Below are positions 17,835-27,233 of a DNA stretch of 64,000 bases, in pieces. The stretch covers positions 1,468 to 65,467 of the forward strand of contig CAIKNA010000338.1 in NCBI GenBank assembly GCA_903828645.1, given 5' to 3'. Position 1 is the stretch's first letter. Every line of letters begins with the position of its first letter. Source of the stretch: an uncultured Bacteroidales bacterium. GTDB taxonomy: Bacteria > Bacteroidota > Bacteroidia > Bacteroidales > FEN-979. Both the position numbers and the translations under genes were made by a program. Under the pieces are notes generated by a model. It was given only the letters and a program-made list of their open reading frames with translations. It did not search any database and was not told the origin of the DNA.

Positions 17835-18145
17835 TTATTTTTTAGTTACTTTGAGTTCGCCCTGGTCGGATACGATGATCTTCCACTCTGTGCCATTGGG
17901 AGAGGTCAGGATCAATCCGGAATTACTATTACTGATTAGTAAATCACCTTTCGCGATCTCGATGATGGATTTCGGTTTATCCGTACCAATGCCTATATTG
18001 CCTGAATCCAAAAAAACAATCCGGCCATTGGTCGACCAGGGAGATTTGCCCCCTGATGCCGCTTATTGTCATTGATGCTAACCTGCCCGAGAACAGAAAT
18101 TGCACACGAAACAGTAAGAATTGGGAGGATGAAATTCTTTTTCAT
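17835..18145 (-). pseudogene. Small secreted protein gene split by a frameshift at a homopolymer (C5 on + strand, 18049-18053)
   Basis: MKKNFILPILTVSCAISVLGQVSINDNKRHQG is followed, after a 1-nt shift, by GKSPWSTNGRIVFLDSGNIGIGTDKPKSIIEIAKGDLLISNSNSGLILTSPNGTEWKIIVSDQGELKVTKK*. The joined product is about 100 aa. Confidence 0.5.
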
Positions 18146-18711
18146 TGGGAGTGAGTTTTGGATGAAAGACAAATGCAATTGTTAGACCATAACGTTTATC
18201 ATCTTGAAAATAAGATGGTTGATGTCTGATATAAACGGTTGAAATAAGTCCTTAATGTGTTGTGAACTTTGTGTACACCTGCGAAGCTGAAAGTACCATT
18301 AAAACCAATGAAATAAGGAACTGTGGTAAAGTTTTCATTTCCAGGTTGTTTAAAATTGTCAGAAACATTTGCTTCATGATTGGCCTCAATTCGGGATTTA
18401 TTCAATCGAAAAACATTTTTAGTATTTTAGTATTTCGGTTAATACTGGAATCTCATGGGAAAATATCTAAGCACCCTGTTTCGATTGCAGAGTACTAACT
18501 ATTGATCATAATGGAGAATTAATCCCAAATATACTGAATTGTATATAGCTCCTGTGGGAAATTGTAACTTTATGCTCTCAATATAAAAAGCGGCGCTCTT
18601 TCATTGGTCAGTTTTGGAAGTAAATCCAAAGTCGGGAACAGGGACCTCCCATTCTCTCCCGAAGCTCGCACGGGTTTAAGCTGTGAAGCGTTATCAGTAA
18701 TTTTTAAAAAC

Positions 18712-19413
18712 ATGAATATACACTTTCCGCCTGTCAATGTTAGAATACCTGTTGCCATCTTATCACTCCTTTTACTTTGTATCGACTCGTTTAGTCAGGT
18801 TCCTGAAGTCAAACTCTCTCTTGGGCAATTGATAAGATTTAGAAAAGGCTATATAGTAACAATTGACAATGATACCGTGTATTCATTAATTTGTCATTCC
18901 TCAGACAATGAAGTGTTTTTTGTTCCGGAACCCTTTAAATATAACAGGGCATGGGGCTTTAATAAATCGAAGATACCCTGTTTGACAACCGAAGATGAAA
19001 AAATAAAATCATTTCTCAGAAATGGACTCTTATATGAACCTTGCAAAATTCCGCCAAAAAACAAAACGGTATTTTTAACAGTATTAGAAGCTGGCACCCT
19101 TACGTTATATGCCTTATTAAATGAATACTCCAACAAATCTTTCATGGGAACGGTATCAAAGGCAGAATACAAATCGGAAAAAGGATACTTCATGAATTTT
19201 GATGATGAATATTATGGAATTAAAGATTTTTATCTTAGAAAGAACACGGACCAGCTTATTCTTATTCCGAGAGGCGATAATAAGTTTCAAAAAGTCTTCC
19301 TGCCATTGATCAGGGATAATAAAACATTTGTCCGGAGTTTATCTGGTCAGGATGTAGATTATTCTCACATCAGGAGTTTGGTTAAGCAGTATAATTCGAC
19401 CTTAGGAAAATGA
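18712..19413 (+). CDS. Hypothetical secreted protein
   Basis: ORF 18604-19413. The internal ATG at 18712 gives MNIHFPPVNVRIPVAILSLLLLCIDSFSQ, a signal peptide. I recognise no family. Confidence 0.55.
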   Translation: MNIHFPPVNVRIPVAILSLLLLCIDSFSQVPEVKLSLGQLIRFRKGYIVTIDNDTVYSLICHSSDNEVFFVPEPFKYNRAWGFNKSKIPCLTTEDEKIKSFLRNGLLYEPCKIPPKNKTVFLTVLEAGTLTLYALLNEYSNKSFMGTVSKAEYKSEKGYFMNFDDEYYGIKDFYLRKNTDQLILIPRGDNKFQKVFLPLIRDNKTFVRSLSGQDVDYSHIRSLVKQYNSTLGK

Positions 19414-19585
19414 AAAACTACTGGAAATATGCCGTCAGCCGGTCAATGTAGGCGTGTTTCCGGAAGCTGGCATCCACCAAACCTGTAAATGACGAACAAA
19501 ATTTAAATATAAAACAAGTAAACCGCTCACTGCGTGCTGCCGGCGCAACAAAAGGGGGTATTATTATCCCGGAAGACAACATACT

Positions 19586-20110
19586 ATGAGACGCCTATTG
19601 ACTTTTTTTTACTCCTTAGGCTGATACAGTGTTATGGACAGGTGGACAATAAAAGTTTTATCGGAACTGTTGACAGCGTTTATTCGAAAATATTAAAGGA
19701 AAACAGGGAAATATGGGTTTATTTACCTGACAACTTTGACAGAAAGCAGTAGTACCCAATTGCATATCTGCTCGATGGGACGACAAATTTTCACTCATTT
19801 ACCGGCTTAATAAACCATTCAGGTATTTCTTCCTTAATACCGGAAATGATTTTATAGGAATTGTAAATACAAATAGAAACAGAGACCATACTCCTTCTTA
19901 CAATTCTTCAAACTACGACAGATCTAATGGACGAGGAGAAACATTTACTTCCTTCCTGGAACAAGAACTAATTCCATACGTTTAATCTCATTATCCAACT
20001 GCTCCGTATCGCATGTTGGTTGGGCATTCGCTCGGTGGATTGTTTGTTGTAAATACGCTGTTAAATCACGCCTCATTGTTTAATTCTTATATTGCCCTTG
20101 ACCCTTCTGG
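19586..20110 (+). pseudogene. Alpha/beta-hydrolase ('putative esterase', PF00756-like) pseudogene with at least 4 lesions and 3' truncation
   Basis: MRRLLTFF(LLLRLIQCYGQ) needs a shift in the T8 run at 19603-19610. An in-frame TAG at 19750-19752 sits before YPIAYLLDG. There is a second frameshift near IPEMI/IGIVNTNRNRDHTPS. An in-frame TAA follows LIPYV. The catalytic-Ser motif GHSLGG is present. Homology ends after IALDPS. Confidence 0.7.
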
Positions 20111-20412
20111 AAGATTAGCCACCATTAATTATAAAAGCAGTTTTTCGATACTGAGTTCAGGGAAGCAACGATAGACTTCGATGTTTGAGGTTCTTCTCTT
20201 CACCATTGAATTATCTCACATCACTGTAAACTCTGTTGGGTTGGACCTGGTAGTTGTAAACTTAGACTTTGATGTCTTTGACTTACCCAGTCGGATATCA
20301 TGCCCCGTGAAGGTCAGATCACCCCATGTGATCGCCCTGAGAGTCTGTTTGATTGGCCGTTCGTGAAGATGTGATTGTTCCATCTGAGGGGTTTGATTTT
20401 CAATGACGTCGT

Positions 20413-20444
20413 AAAAAAAAAGCTATCCCGGATCAAGATAGCTT
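20413..20444 (-). terminator. Rho-independent-type hairpin (AGCTATC / GATAGCT) followed by a T9 run on the minus strand
   Basis: Minus strand reads GAAGCTATCTTGATCCGGGATAGCTTTTTTTTTAC. Confidence 0.55.
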
Positions 20445-20488
20445 CAAATGAAAATAATGGTTTTACCTGAATGGATCATTTCATTTCT

Positions 20489-20585
20489 ATATAAATTTGA
20501 ATCCAGAGAAAAGCATTTGAAATCGTCAAGCAAGAAAAAGCCCTGCAAATAATTGATTATCAAAAATTTCAAAGAACGATTTGAT
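20489..20585 (-). mobile_element. Solo copy of the transposase-proximal end of the IS4-family element seen at 25946-26616
   Basis: The roughly 97 bp ATATAAATTTGAATCCAGAGAAAAGCATTTGAAATCGTCAAGCAAGAAAAAGCCCTGCAAATAATTGATTATCAAAAATTTCAAAGAACGATTTGATGG aligns with 26521-26616 with only scattered mismatches, in the same orientation. Similarity stops where the transposase body would begin. Confidence 0.7.
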
Positions 20586-21097
20586 GGTTTAGCGAGACAC
20601 TGGTGATAATGATTTATCAAAATGACGGGCTTTGGGACGGTCATCACTCTAACCGCATTATAGTGCCGGATGTTATGAGATCATTCATCCCGGGTCATCC
20701 TGTGAAGCCGAAATCGTGTAGATCTAATCTCTTAACAGTCGTACATGGTTGGATTATCAAATAACCGGAGTCGCCGGCACATAACCGGCTTTATCCCCCA
20801 TTATTCCCGGTATATTGAAGATAAGTGCTCCCGGGTTGCAACCGGGTTACAACCGGATTGGTTCCGGCCAGTGGAAGAAAACAGGATGGAACCAGGGGCA
20901 AAAAGCAAATTCGGAATTAGCGTTATACCCAGGAAAACGTGGACAGTAACCAGTACTTTTTTTACCCCGTCGTGGTACAGGTTAAAACACCGTTTCAGGA
21001 AAGATTGAAAGAGAGAATGGTTACCGGCACTCCTTGAGGAACCTGTTAGAATCCTCATGATGTGGAATCCTCTTAAGCAACTGGTTTTTTACCTGGG

Positions 21098-21820
21098 TTA
21101 AACCGATGGATAATATTCAGCCCTGGAAATTACAAAATCTTCAAACTGACCCACATTCGGTTTCCAGTCCAGTCCCAGCCCTGCACCCATGATCAGGTTC
21201 ATGGGCCTGAGAGGATAGTTCGGCGTTGCGGATGGTACGGTCATGGTGTTTTTCCCGTTCACGACCCAGGTCATTCCCGATGGAAGCCAGGTGAAAACAA
21301 GCTCAATGTCATTGAGGTCGAGAGGCCACAGTTTCCAGTATGTTTTTGAAAGGATGGTGTTGTTGGTGTAGGTGGGTCCCTCGTGAAAACTATGGGTAAG
21401 ATGGAAGCGTGTGAAGAACCCGTCTTTTCTGAAATGTTCGAATACATCTGTTTCGGGAGGCATTCCCATTCCATCACCTTTCGGAGGCAGGGGATGGAGG
21501 TCGAGAAACCAGATAGCCGGCCAGGAGCCGCGGAAGTTGGGTAACCTGAAAACAAACCGGTATGTTCCAAAATGGGTGCGGGAATCTTCCTTTGAAATAA
21601 CTGAGCCTACCGACCAATTGGAGGTTGTTTTGATAACATTCCAGTTTTTATCCATTTTCCAGCCATTGCATATGGCATTGGAACAACCGAAATGAACTGA
21701 TCCATCAGGATGATATGAGACCAGCTGATCGTTGATGCAGATCTCTTTGTCGGTGTCGGGGTTGATGATGCTTCCCCAGGGGAAGGAATAAGTCCAGCGT
21801 GTTTTATCGAGCAGGTTCAT
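21098..21820 (-). CDS. GH16-like (concanavalin-A-like glucanase fold) protein, no recognisable signal peptide
   Basis: 240-aa ORF. WPAIWFL...PPETDVFEHF fits the GH16 pattern WPA.W.....E.D..E. The N-terminus MNLLDKTRWTYSFPWG is not hydrophobic. Confidence 0.5.
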   Translation of the reverse strand: MNLLDKTRWTYSFPWGSIINPDTDKEICINDQLVSYHPDGSVHFGCSNAICNGWKMDKNWNVIKTTSNWSVGSVISKEDSRTHFGTYRFVFRLPNFRGSWPAIWFLDLHPLPPKGDGMGMPPETDVFEHFRKDGFFTRFHLTHSFHEGPTYTNNTILSKTYWKLWPLDLNDIELVFTWLPSGMTWVVNGKNTMTVPSATPNYPLRPMNLIMGAGLGLDWKPNVGQFEDFVISRAEYYPSV

Positions 21821-21860
21821 CGTGTTGAATATTGGATAGTTCTGGTTTTGTTAATGATCG

Positions 21861-23810
21861 TTATTGCCTGGTCATCGTTCCCAGTACCGAAAGGTTGACT
21901 CCGGCAGCGACTGAAAATGTGGCACCGCTCTCGATCAACATGGGGCCGCACGACATTCCAACATTTCGTACGACCGGCATCCTGACCGCACTCACCGGGA
22001 TTTTCACGCTTTCATTGACCGGTACACCCGCGGGAGTCCAGTTTCCTCCTGTGTTCCAGTCATCGCTGAGAGCGCCTGTCCAGGTTTTGGTGTAAAATAC
22101 CCCCTGTGACAGGGTGGCTTGTTTTAACACGATTTCGTTCCCGGGATCAAAGGTGAAGGAGGTTGGCTGTTTTGAAAAGGTCCACATGTACTCCTGGTAA
22201 TTAAAGGTATTCATCACCCTGATCAGGCTGTCGGTGTTATCCTGGAAGTGGATTTTCAACACAACGGGCATTTGAAAAAACGGGGCATTGGTCTGGGTTT
22301 GTTTAATAAGAAAATGGAGATCCCAGTTACCGCTTCCGAGATGTTCAAAATAGTATTGATTTGCATAGAGAGGATGGTTTGGCGCGTAGACCCACTGGTT
22401 GAAATACCAGGTGTAATCCGCACCGGTAACATTGTTGACCTTGTCTTTAAAATCGGCGATGGATGCAGAATGGAACCGAAGGTTTGTGTCATTGGCGTAA
22501 GCCTGGAGAGCCGCAAAAAACATCGGGTCACCCAGGGTGTACCTGAGCATGTGGAGCACGCACGATCCCTTTGCGTATGTGATCGCATAATTAAAGAGGG
22601 TGTTTACATCCGGGGTGGTGGTTGCCCATGAAGGAACGGATATTGCCCATCCGGGGTTGCTGCCCAGGTAATTCGAAGCATCGGCGTTTACCTGGCTCTT
22701 GTAAGTGGTATAACCTCCAGTTCTCTCCCACCAGAAGTCTTCACACCATGTGGCAAATCCTTCATTCAGCCAGATATCGGCCCAGGTGTCGCAGGTGATC
22801 ATGTCGCCAAACCATTGGTGGGCGAATTCATGTGCGATCAGCGATTCATCCCAGCAGCCGGGGCAGATGCTGGTAAGTGTCTGGTTTTCCATACCGCCCC
22901 AGGCAAACTGGTTGTTGAGCGCAGCAAATCCATTTTTCTGAAAAGGATGTTCGCAAAAATGCTGTGAATACCAGTCTGTCAAGGGTCTGATCACCGCTTT
23001 GATCCCGCTCACACTTTCTCCGGGGTTGTAATAAAACCTTATGGGAACACTGTCTGCCGGGTTTGACAGCTTATGCCAGTAAACAATGTCGAGGTTGTAG
23101 TTTACTTTTGAGGTCATAACCACCAGGTAGGTAGCCACATTATGAATGCTTGCCCAGTGATATCTGATGGTATCTGCAGAAAATGTGGAATCCATCAGTT
23201 TTCCGTTGGAGCCGAATTTCACCGTGGAGGGAACCTTTGCCGTAAGGTCGAGGAGCGCTTTGTCGGAAGGCTTGTCCCAGCAAGGGAACCAGTTTCGTGC
23301 ACCCTCGGGTTCACAGTCGGTAAACAACATTCCACCGGAAACATACAAAGCTCCATCCTGCACGTTTTGATGCCTGTAATAGATTTTCACTTCTGCGATT
23401 TCACCGGGGAGGTAGGTGCGGTTCAGCGCAATGGTAAGAATATTGCCGGCATGCGTAAAGGAGACTCCCGCCAGTCGAACCGAATCAATGACCAGGGATG
23501 AATTGACCGCATTCAGCTTTATCACCGAAAGGGTGGAATCCACCCTGAACTGTATGATATTGGAAGCGCTGAAGTTTTTCGGATAGGGTGAGAAATAACA
23601 TTGATAGAGGTTGAGGTTCAGCGTATATTTCAGGACATCGAAGGCATGGGGGAGGCTGTACACGGAATTGTCCGGTAATTCCTTCACGGAAATTGCCGAG
23701 CTCTTTTTCATCTGGCAGTAATGAGCTCCGCGCGGGCCCGGGTTATCCTGTGACCGGGTAGCCTGCGAGATCAGGATAAAAACCGTGAGGATAAGCATGA
23801 GTTTTTTCAT
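21861..23810 (-). CDS. M1-family zinc aminopeptidase with an extra C-terminal 'WTG..DW..G.NW' module
   Basis: Motifs are WGGMENQ (GxMEN), HEFAHQWFGD (HExxH) and WLNEGFA (distal Glu). I prefer the ATG at 23808-23810 (MKKLMLILTVFILISQATRSQ, signal peptide) over the track start at 23843. Confidence 0.85.
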   Translation of the reverse strand: MKKLMLILTVFILISQATRSQDNPGPRGAHYCQMKKSSAISVKELPDNSVYSLPHAFDVLKYTLNLNLYQCYFSPYPKNFSASNIIQFRVDSTLSVIKLNAVNSSLVIDSVRLAGVSFTHAGNILTIALNRTYLPGEIAEVKIYYRHQNVQDGALYVSGGMLFTDCEPEGARNWFPCWDKPSDKALLDLTAKVPSTVKFGSNGKLMDSTFSADTIRYHWASIHNVATYLVVMTSKVNYNLDIVYWHKLSNPADSVPIRFYYNPGESVSGIKAVIRPLTDWYSQHFCEHPFQKNGFAALNNQFAWGGMENQTLTSICPGCWDESLIAHEFAHQWFGDMITCDTWADIWLNEGFATWCEDFWWERTGGYTTYKSQVNADASNYLGSNPGWAISVPSWATTTPDVNTLFNYAITYAKGSCVLHMLRYTLGDPMFFAALQAYANDTNLRFHSASIADFKDKVNNVTGADYTWYFNQWVYAPNHPLYANQYYFEHLGSGNWDLHFLIKQTQTNAPFFQMPVVLKIHFQDNTDSLIRVMNTFNYQEYMWTFSKQPTSFTFDPGNEIVLKQATLSQGVFYTKTWTGALSDDWNTGGNWTPAGVPVNESVKIPVSAVRMPVVRNVGMSCGPMLIESGATFSVAAGVNLSVLGTMTRQ

Positions 23811-23960
23811 GAATGGAGGATTGGGGGATATTATGCAACACAAATTTAGCTATTTTAAGGGTTCATTAAAACGATGTCCTGATAAAGCTTCGAAAAAATT
23901 TCATAGTTCCGAAAAAAAGGTTACTTTTGCACTCCCTGATTGGTACTATGTGCCAAAAAT

Positions 23961-24044
23961 GCCCGGATGGCGGAATTGGTAGACGCGCTAGTTTCAGGGA
24001 CTAGTATCCGTACGGATGTGCAGGTTCGAGTCCTGTTCCGGGCA
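23961..24044 (+). tRNA. tRNA-Leu (anticodon CAG), long variable arm, no encoded CCA
   Basis: Acceptor stem is GCCCGGA/TCCGGGC with discriminator A. The D region is GGCGGAATTGGTAGACGC. The anticodon stem is CTAGT/ACTAG with loop TTCAGGG. The variable arm is TATCCGTACGGATG. The T arm is GCAGGTTCGAGTCCTGT. Confidence 0.9.
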
Positions 24045-24061
24045 CAGAGAATCACTCTTAA

Positions 24062-24096
24062 AACGCTGTAAATGTAATGTTTACGGCGTTTTTTGT
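24062..24096 (+). terminator. Hairpin (AACGCTGTAAA / TTTACGGCGTT, one G-T pair) plus T run downstream of tRNA-Leu
   Basis: Read directly: AACGCTGTAAATGTAATGTTTACGGCGTTTTTTGTTTT. Confidence 0.6.
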
Positions 24097-24234
24097 TTTC
24101 CGCAGGGACGGTAGGGGGGACGGTAAAAATTCTGAAACTGGCTTGAATAATTCCGAAACTTGAGTTCCTAATAAAAGATCGTGAAGAAACAGCGGGTATG
24201 GAAATCTGGGATTGTTTAAATTTATAGTTATTGA

Positions 24235-25794
24235 TCAGAATGCCCTGACAGCTCGAACATATTGTATCCAGTTTTTACCATAACTCCCAAATACTCCAAA
24301 GGGAAAATAAACATTCCATGCATTGATTGCGTCATTTTCCGAGGAACTCGCATATGTCCAGGCAGCGAAACCACCGATCAAATATCTTTGCTGAAACATC
24401 TCCCACAATTCATTTTTAGATGGCAAAAACCAATCATCGTATCCATTAAGAACCAGGTCATTACAGATCTGGGCTGCTATCCCGGGAGTGTTACAACCAT
24501 TAACAATGGCCGTTGTATTTGCCTGGCCGGTTCCGATTGCAATGGAAGTGCCCCCGATTAATGTTCCGTAACAACCCCAGGGGGCTCCGGTGCTTTGATC
24601 AATTGTAGCTGAAATAAGGCCGTGTTGTCCGGAACCATCCAGATAAAAGATGATGCCACCACCATAGTTCTGTCCAACAGAAAATTGTGTTGTTGTGAAA
24701 GTCAAATCATCCCCGTACGAAGTTCCTGCGCTGTTCGTCGCATAGGCCCTTACATGGTAGAGGGTATTGGAAGACAATCCTGTCAGATTGCTCGAATAAT
24801 TACCTGTTCCACCACCATCCACTGTTTTGCTTCCTGATGTTGTCGGATTAAGAGATGTGCTCCAACAAACACCTCTTGCTGAAATAACGCCTCCGCCATC
24901 TGACTGTATATCTCCACCGCTACTCGCGGTTGTTTGCGTAATGTTTGATATGGGTGCAGTTGAAACGGTTGGGAGTATGACACAGGTCAAGGTTGATTGT
25001 TCCAGTATGGTCACAGCAGAATTCCCGCAATCATTGTAAGACCATAAATATCTTGTGTAGGGTGTGGCACATGTGAGATCTGTTTCTATTTTTGTGATAT
25101 TCGTACTAAGATCAATTGCTGAAGCGTAATCGGGGGAGGTGCTCCATTTATAACCGGTAATTCCAGAAACTGGATTCCAGTTCCAGATGATCTGCGTTTC
25201 AGTAGCCTGGTGTGTTCCGGTTATGGGTGAGGAAGGGCTTGCTGTAGTTGTCTGGCTCAAGACTGTGGCAGGAGAATGCCCGCACTGGTTGTATGACCAC
25301 ACATATCGTGTGTATGTTGAGTTACAGGATAATCCTGATTCAGTTTTGGATGTATTTGTGCCTAAGTCAAGTGCAGTAGGGTAGTTATCTGATGTATTCC
25401 ATTTGTAACCTTGCACAAAAGGAACAACCGTCCAATTCCAAATGATCTGGTAAGATGAGGCGATATGAACATCAGATATTGGAGATAGCGGAGTCAAGCA
25501 ATTTGCACTTAGTGTGAACCAGTTGCCATACATGAAGATGCAAAGTGCACCTGAATCGCCTGGATGGCAATTACTGCAATAGATCACAAGGCCATCGGAA
25601 GGATTGGCTACAGCAAAAAGTTCTGTCTTGGTCATCCTAGGGGGAAGAAATCCTTTTGTGGTTGATTTTACTTCCAGCATAGCGGAATTATCGGGACTGC
25701 TTCCATCATTATTAATGGAAACCTGTCCGAAAATCTGCAGGGCAGTCATCATGAACGAGACCACAAAACCTGCGAAGATGATGCTCTTTTTCAT
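24235..25794 (-). CDS. Secreted lectin-like surface protein: shared N-terminal leader module, two FN3-like modules, C-terminal DUF1566 (Lcl C-terminal-type) domain
   Basis: I use the ATG at 25792-25794 ([55 protein letters not shown]). There are two I.WNW..V.G.TGYKW.TS...YTRY.WSYN.CG modules. The C-terminus reads [20 protein letters not shown]...[14 protein letters not shown]...VRAVRAF. Confidence 0.85.
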   Translation of the reverse strand: MKKSIIFAGFVVSFMMTALQIFGQVSINNDGSSPDNSAMLEVKSTTKGFLPPRMTKTELFAVANPSDGLVIYCSNCHPGDSGALCIFMYGNWFTLSANCLTPLSPISDVHIASSYQIIWNWTVVPFVQGYKWNTSDNYPTALDLGTNTSKTESGLSCNSTYTRYVWSYNQCGHSPATVLSQTTTASPSSPITGTHQATETQIIWNWNPVSGITGYKWSTSPDYASAIDLSTNITKIETDLTCATPYTRYLWSYNDCGNSAVTILEQSTLTCVILPTVSTAPISNITQTTASSGGDIQSDGGGVISARGVCWSTSLNPTTSGSKTVDGGGTGNYSSNLTGLSSNTLYHVRAYATNSAGTSYGDDLTFTTTQFSVGQNYGGGIIFYLDGSGQHGLISATIDQSTGAPWGCYGTLIGGTSIAIGTGQANTTAIVNGCNTPGIAAQICNDLVLNGYDDWFLPSKNELWEMFQQRYLIGGFAAWTYASSSENDAINAWNVYFPFGVFGSYGKNWIQYVRAVRAF

Positions 25795-25945
25795 AATGGA
25801 TTTATTATCACACCTCAAATATAATTCATTAACTGTGAAAATGCAAACAGAATTAAAAGTCTCAGATAACTTTTCCCCCATGTTTAATGGAAATCTATGG
25901 TCAAGTGACAGGTTTTCCTCGGCACCATAGTCATTACAGACCTGC

Positions 25946-26616
25946 TCATCTGCCTTGTTCATACGGAATTTGATCCATTGCATTGACATCATTGACAGAT
26001 GCTGGTGTAATATAAACAAAGCTGGGTATCCGGGTTTTAACATCATACAGCGTGGGCATTTTGATTCCACCGTTTGCCCTTCGGAACTCCGCCCACCAGA
26101 AAACGCTTAAACAAAGATCAATGGCCGTAGAGTCAAAAGCATAAATATTGCCATCGACTTTCATTTCAAAATCACTACAAACACATACTCTGGGTGCATA
26201 GTCAATGAGATGGAAAGCAAACTCTTCATACAGCTTATAATCACTGCGAATATTCGCCCTGGTAAGTGTTGATCGGGTAACGTTTGAGCCCAGCCCCAGA
26301 TGATTGGATTTCGTTTTGTGAGCATCAAGAGCCACAATCATGTCACGCAGACTATAACGGGTAGTAAGTTGCCCAAAAACCATGCACAGCATTTGATTCC
26401 AACAGGTAAATGTGCGAATGTGTTTATTGCCATTGTGTTTTTGAACAATACGGTCAAATACCCGACGAGGCAGAAAATCAGTAATCTGAGCAAAAACGTA
26501 TTTCCCTTGGTTCCTTTCCGATATAGATTTGAACCCAAAGAAAACCAATTGAAATCGTCACGCAAAAAAAGCACTACAAACAATTGATTATCAAAAATTT
26601 CAAAGAACGATTTAAT
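25946..26616 (-). mobile_element. IS4-family (DUF4372 + DDE) transposase relic: only the N-terminal ~200 aa plus the adjacent IS end remain
   Basis: ORF 25946-26548 reads ..NQGKYVFAQITDFLPRRVFDRIVQKHNGNKHIRTFTCWNQMLCMVFGQLT...[64 protein letters not shown], then a stop. The DDE catalytic core that normally follows is absent. Confidence 0.75.
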
Positions 26617-26636
26617 ATTTTAACGAACCCTTCATC

Positions 26637-27233
26637 ATGCAAACTGTATTATCCAAAGCCGAAGAGATCAGGAATTCAGGACTCCGGGCAGCGATCTGCA
26701 TCGTCATAGAAACCAGGGGTTCCACTCCCCGGAAACAGGGATCAAAAATGATCGTTTTTAAGGATGGGACGATTTTCGGAAGCATCGGTGGCGGCCCGGT
26801 TGAAAAAGAGGTGGCAGAAAAAACGGTGGAACTGATTGCCCTGTTTGATCCGCGTGAAAGGATCTTCGATGATCCTGCTTTCGCAGGTTGTACCTGCATC
26901 GGGAAAGATTACTTCGAAGCAATTGACAAGGCCGTCTTTGATGATAATACCTATATTATCATCGTCACTCCCAAACATGTTTACGATGAGGAGATCCTGG
27001 TGAAGGTGACGCGCAAACCCCATGCATATACTGGAATGATTGGGAGCCGCAGAAAAGTTGAACAGGCAACCAAACGTTTCCTGGATGAAAACCTCCTTAC
27101 CGCGGAAGAGATAGAATCAATTGACATGCCGATGGGGATTAAATTCAATGCGCAAACACCCCAGGAGATCGCCATCAGCCTGCTGGCCAAACTGATCGAT
27201 GTCAGGAACCAGGTTATGAATAGCAACAATTAA
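26637..27233 (+). CDS. XdhC/CoxI-family accessory protein, unusually short (Rossmann-like start appears to be missing)
   Basis: N-terminus reads AAICIVIETRGSTPRKQGSKMIVFKDGTIFGSIGGGPVE. C-terminus reads YTGMIGSRRKV...DMPMGIKFNAQTPQEIAISLLAKLI. At 198 aa the protein looks shorter than typical family members. Confidence 0.55.
   Translation: MQTVLSKAEEIRNSGLRAAICIVIETRGSTPRKQGSKMIVFKDGTIFGSIGGGPVEKEVAEKTVELIALFDPRERIFDDPAFAGCTCIGKDYFEAIDKAVFDDNTYIIIVTPKHVYDEEILVKVTRKPHAYTGMIGSRRKVEQATKRFLDENLLTAEEIESIDMPMGIKFNAQTPQEIAISLLAKLIDVRNQVMNSNN

Noticed and set aside
18199-18600. Short ORFs 18199-18405(-) and 18262-18498(+) in the gap upstream of the frameshifted small gene
   Set aside because: There is no signal peptide and no recognisable motif, and the two overlap each other on opposite strands. 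This is most likely non-coding spacer or unrecognisable debris.
20216-20383. 55-aa minus-strand ORF as a tyrosine-recombinase fragment (feature-level call)
   Set aside because: The resemblance is a short, loose pattern only, with no catalytic R/H/Y motifs visible. I kept it as a remark inside a finding and did not list it as a feature.
20745-21058. ORFs 20745-21008(+) and 20801-21058(-) between the solo IS end and the GH16-like gene
   Set aside because: They overlap each other on opposite strands, are Arg/Ser/Pro-rich and match no family I recognise. I treat them as non-coding or unidentifiable relic.
24235-24420. Diversity-generating retroelement hypothesis. DUF1566 and TIGR02145-type C-terminal lectin-like domains (24235-25794, 9505-13563, 14352-17114, 1-2351) are classic DGR target folds, and the orphan domain fragment at 13985-14204 might have been a template repeat.
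   Set aside because: No reverse transcriptase or accessory gene is present in the window. The orphan fragment is not a near-copy of any gene's 3' end here: its similarity to the giant proteins fades after ~20 codons. I see no TR/VR pair with adenine-specific mismatches. A TR/RT elsewhere in the genome cannot be excluded.
25795-26070. N-terminal 92-codon extension of ORF 24235-26070 ([10 protein letters not shown]...)
   Set aside because: The extension overlaps the IS relic in another frame and has no protein-like features. The internal ATG at 25794 gives a canonical signal peptide plus the family leader module. Similar track extensions were trimmed for 21861-23843 (start 23810), 18604-19413 (18712), 56785-57873 (57022), 58703-59833 (58754), 62327-63805 (62351) and 9487-13563 (9505).
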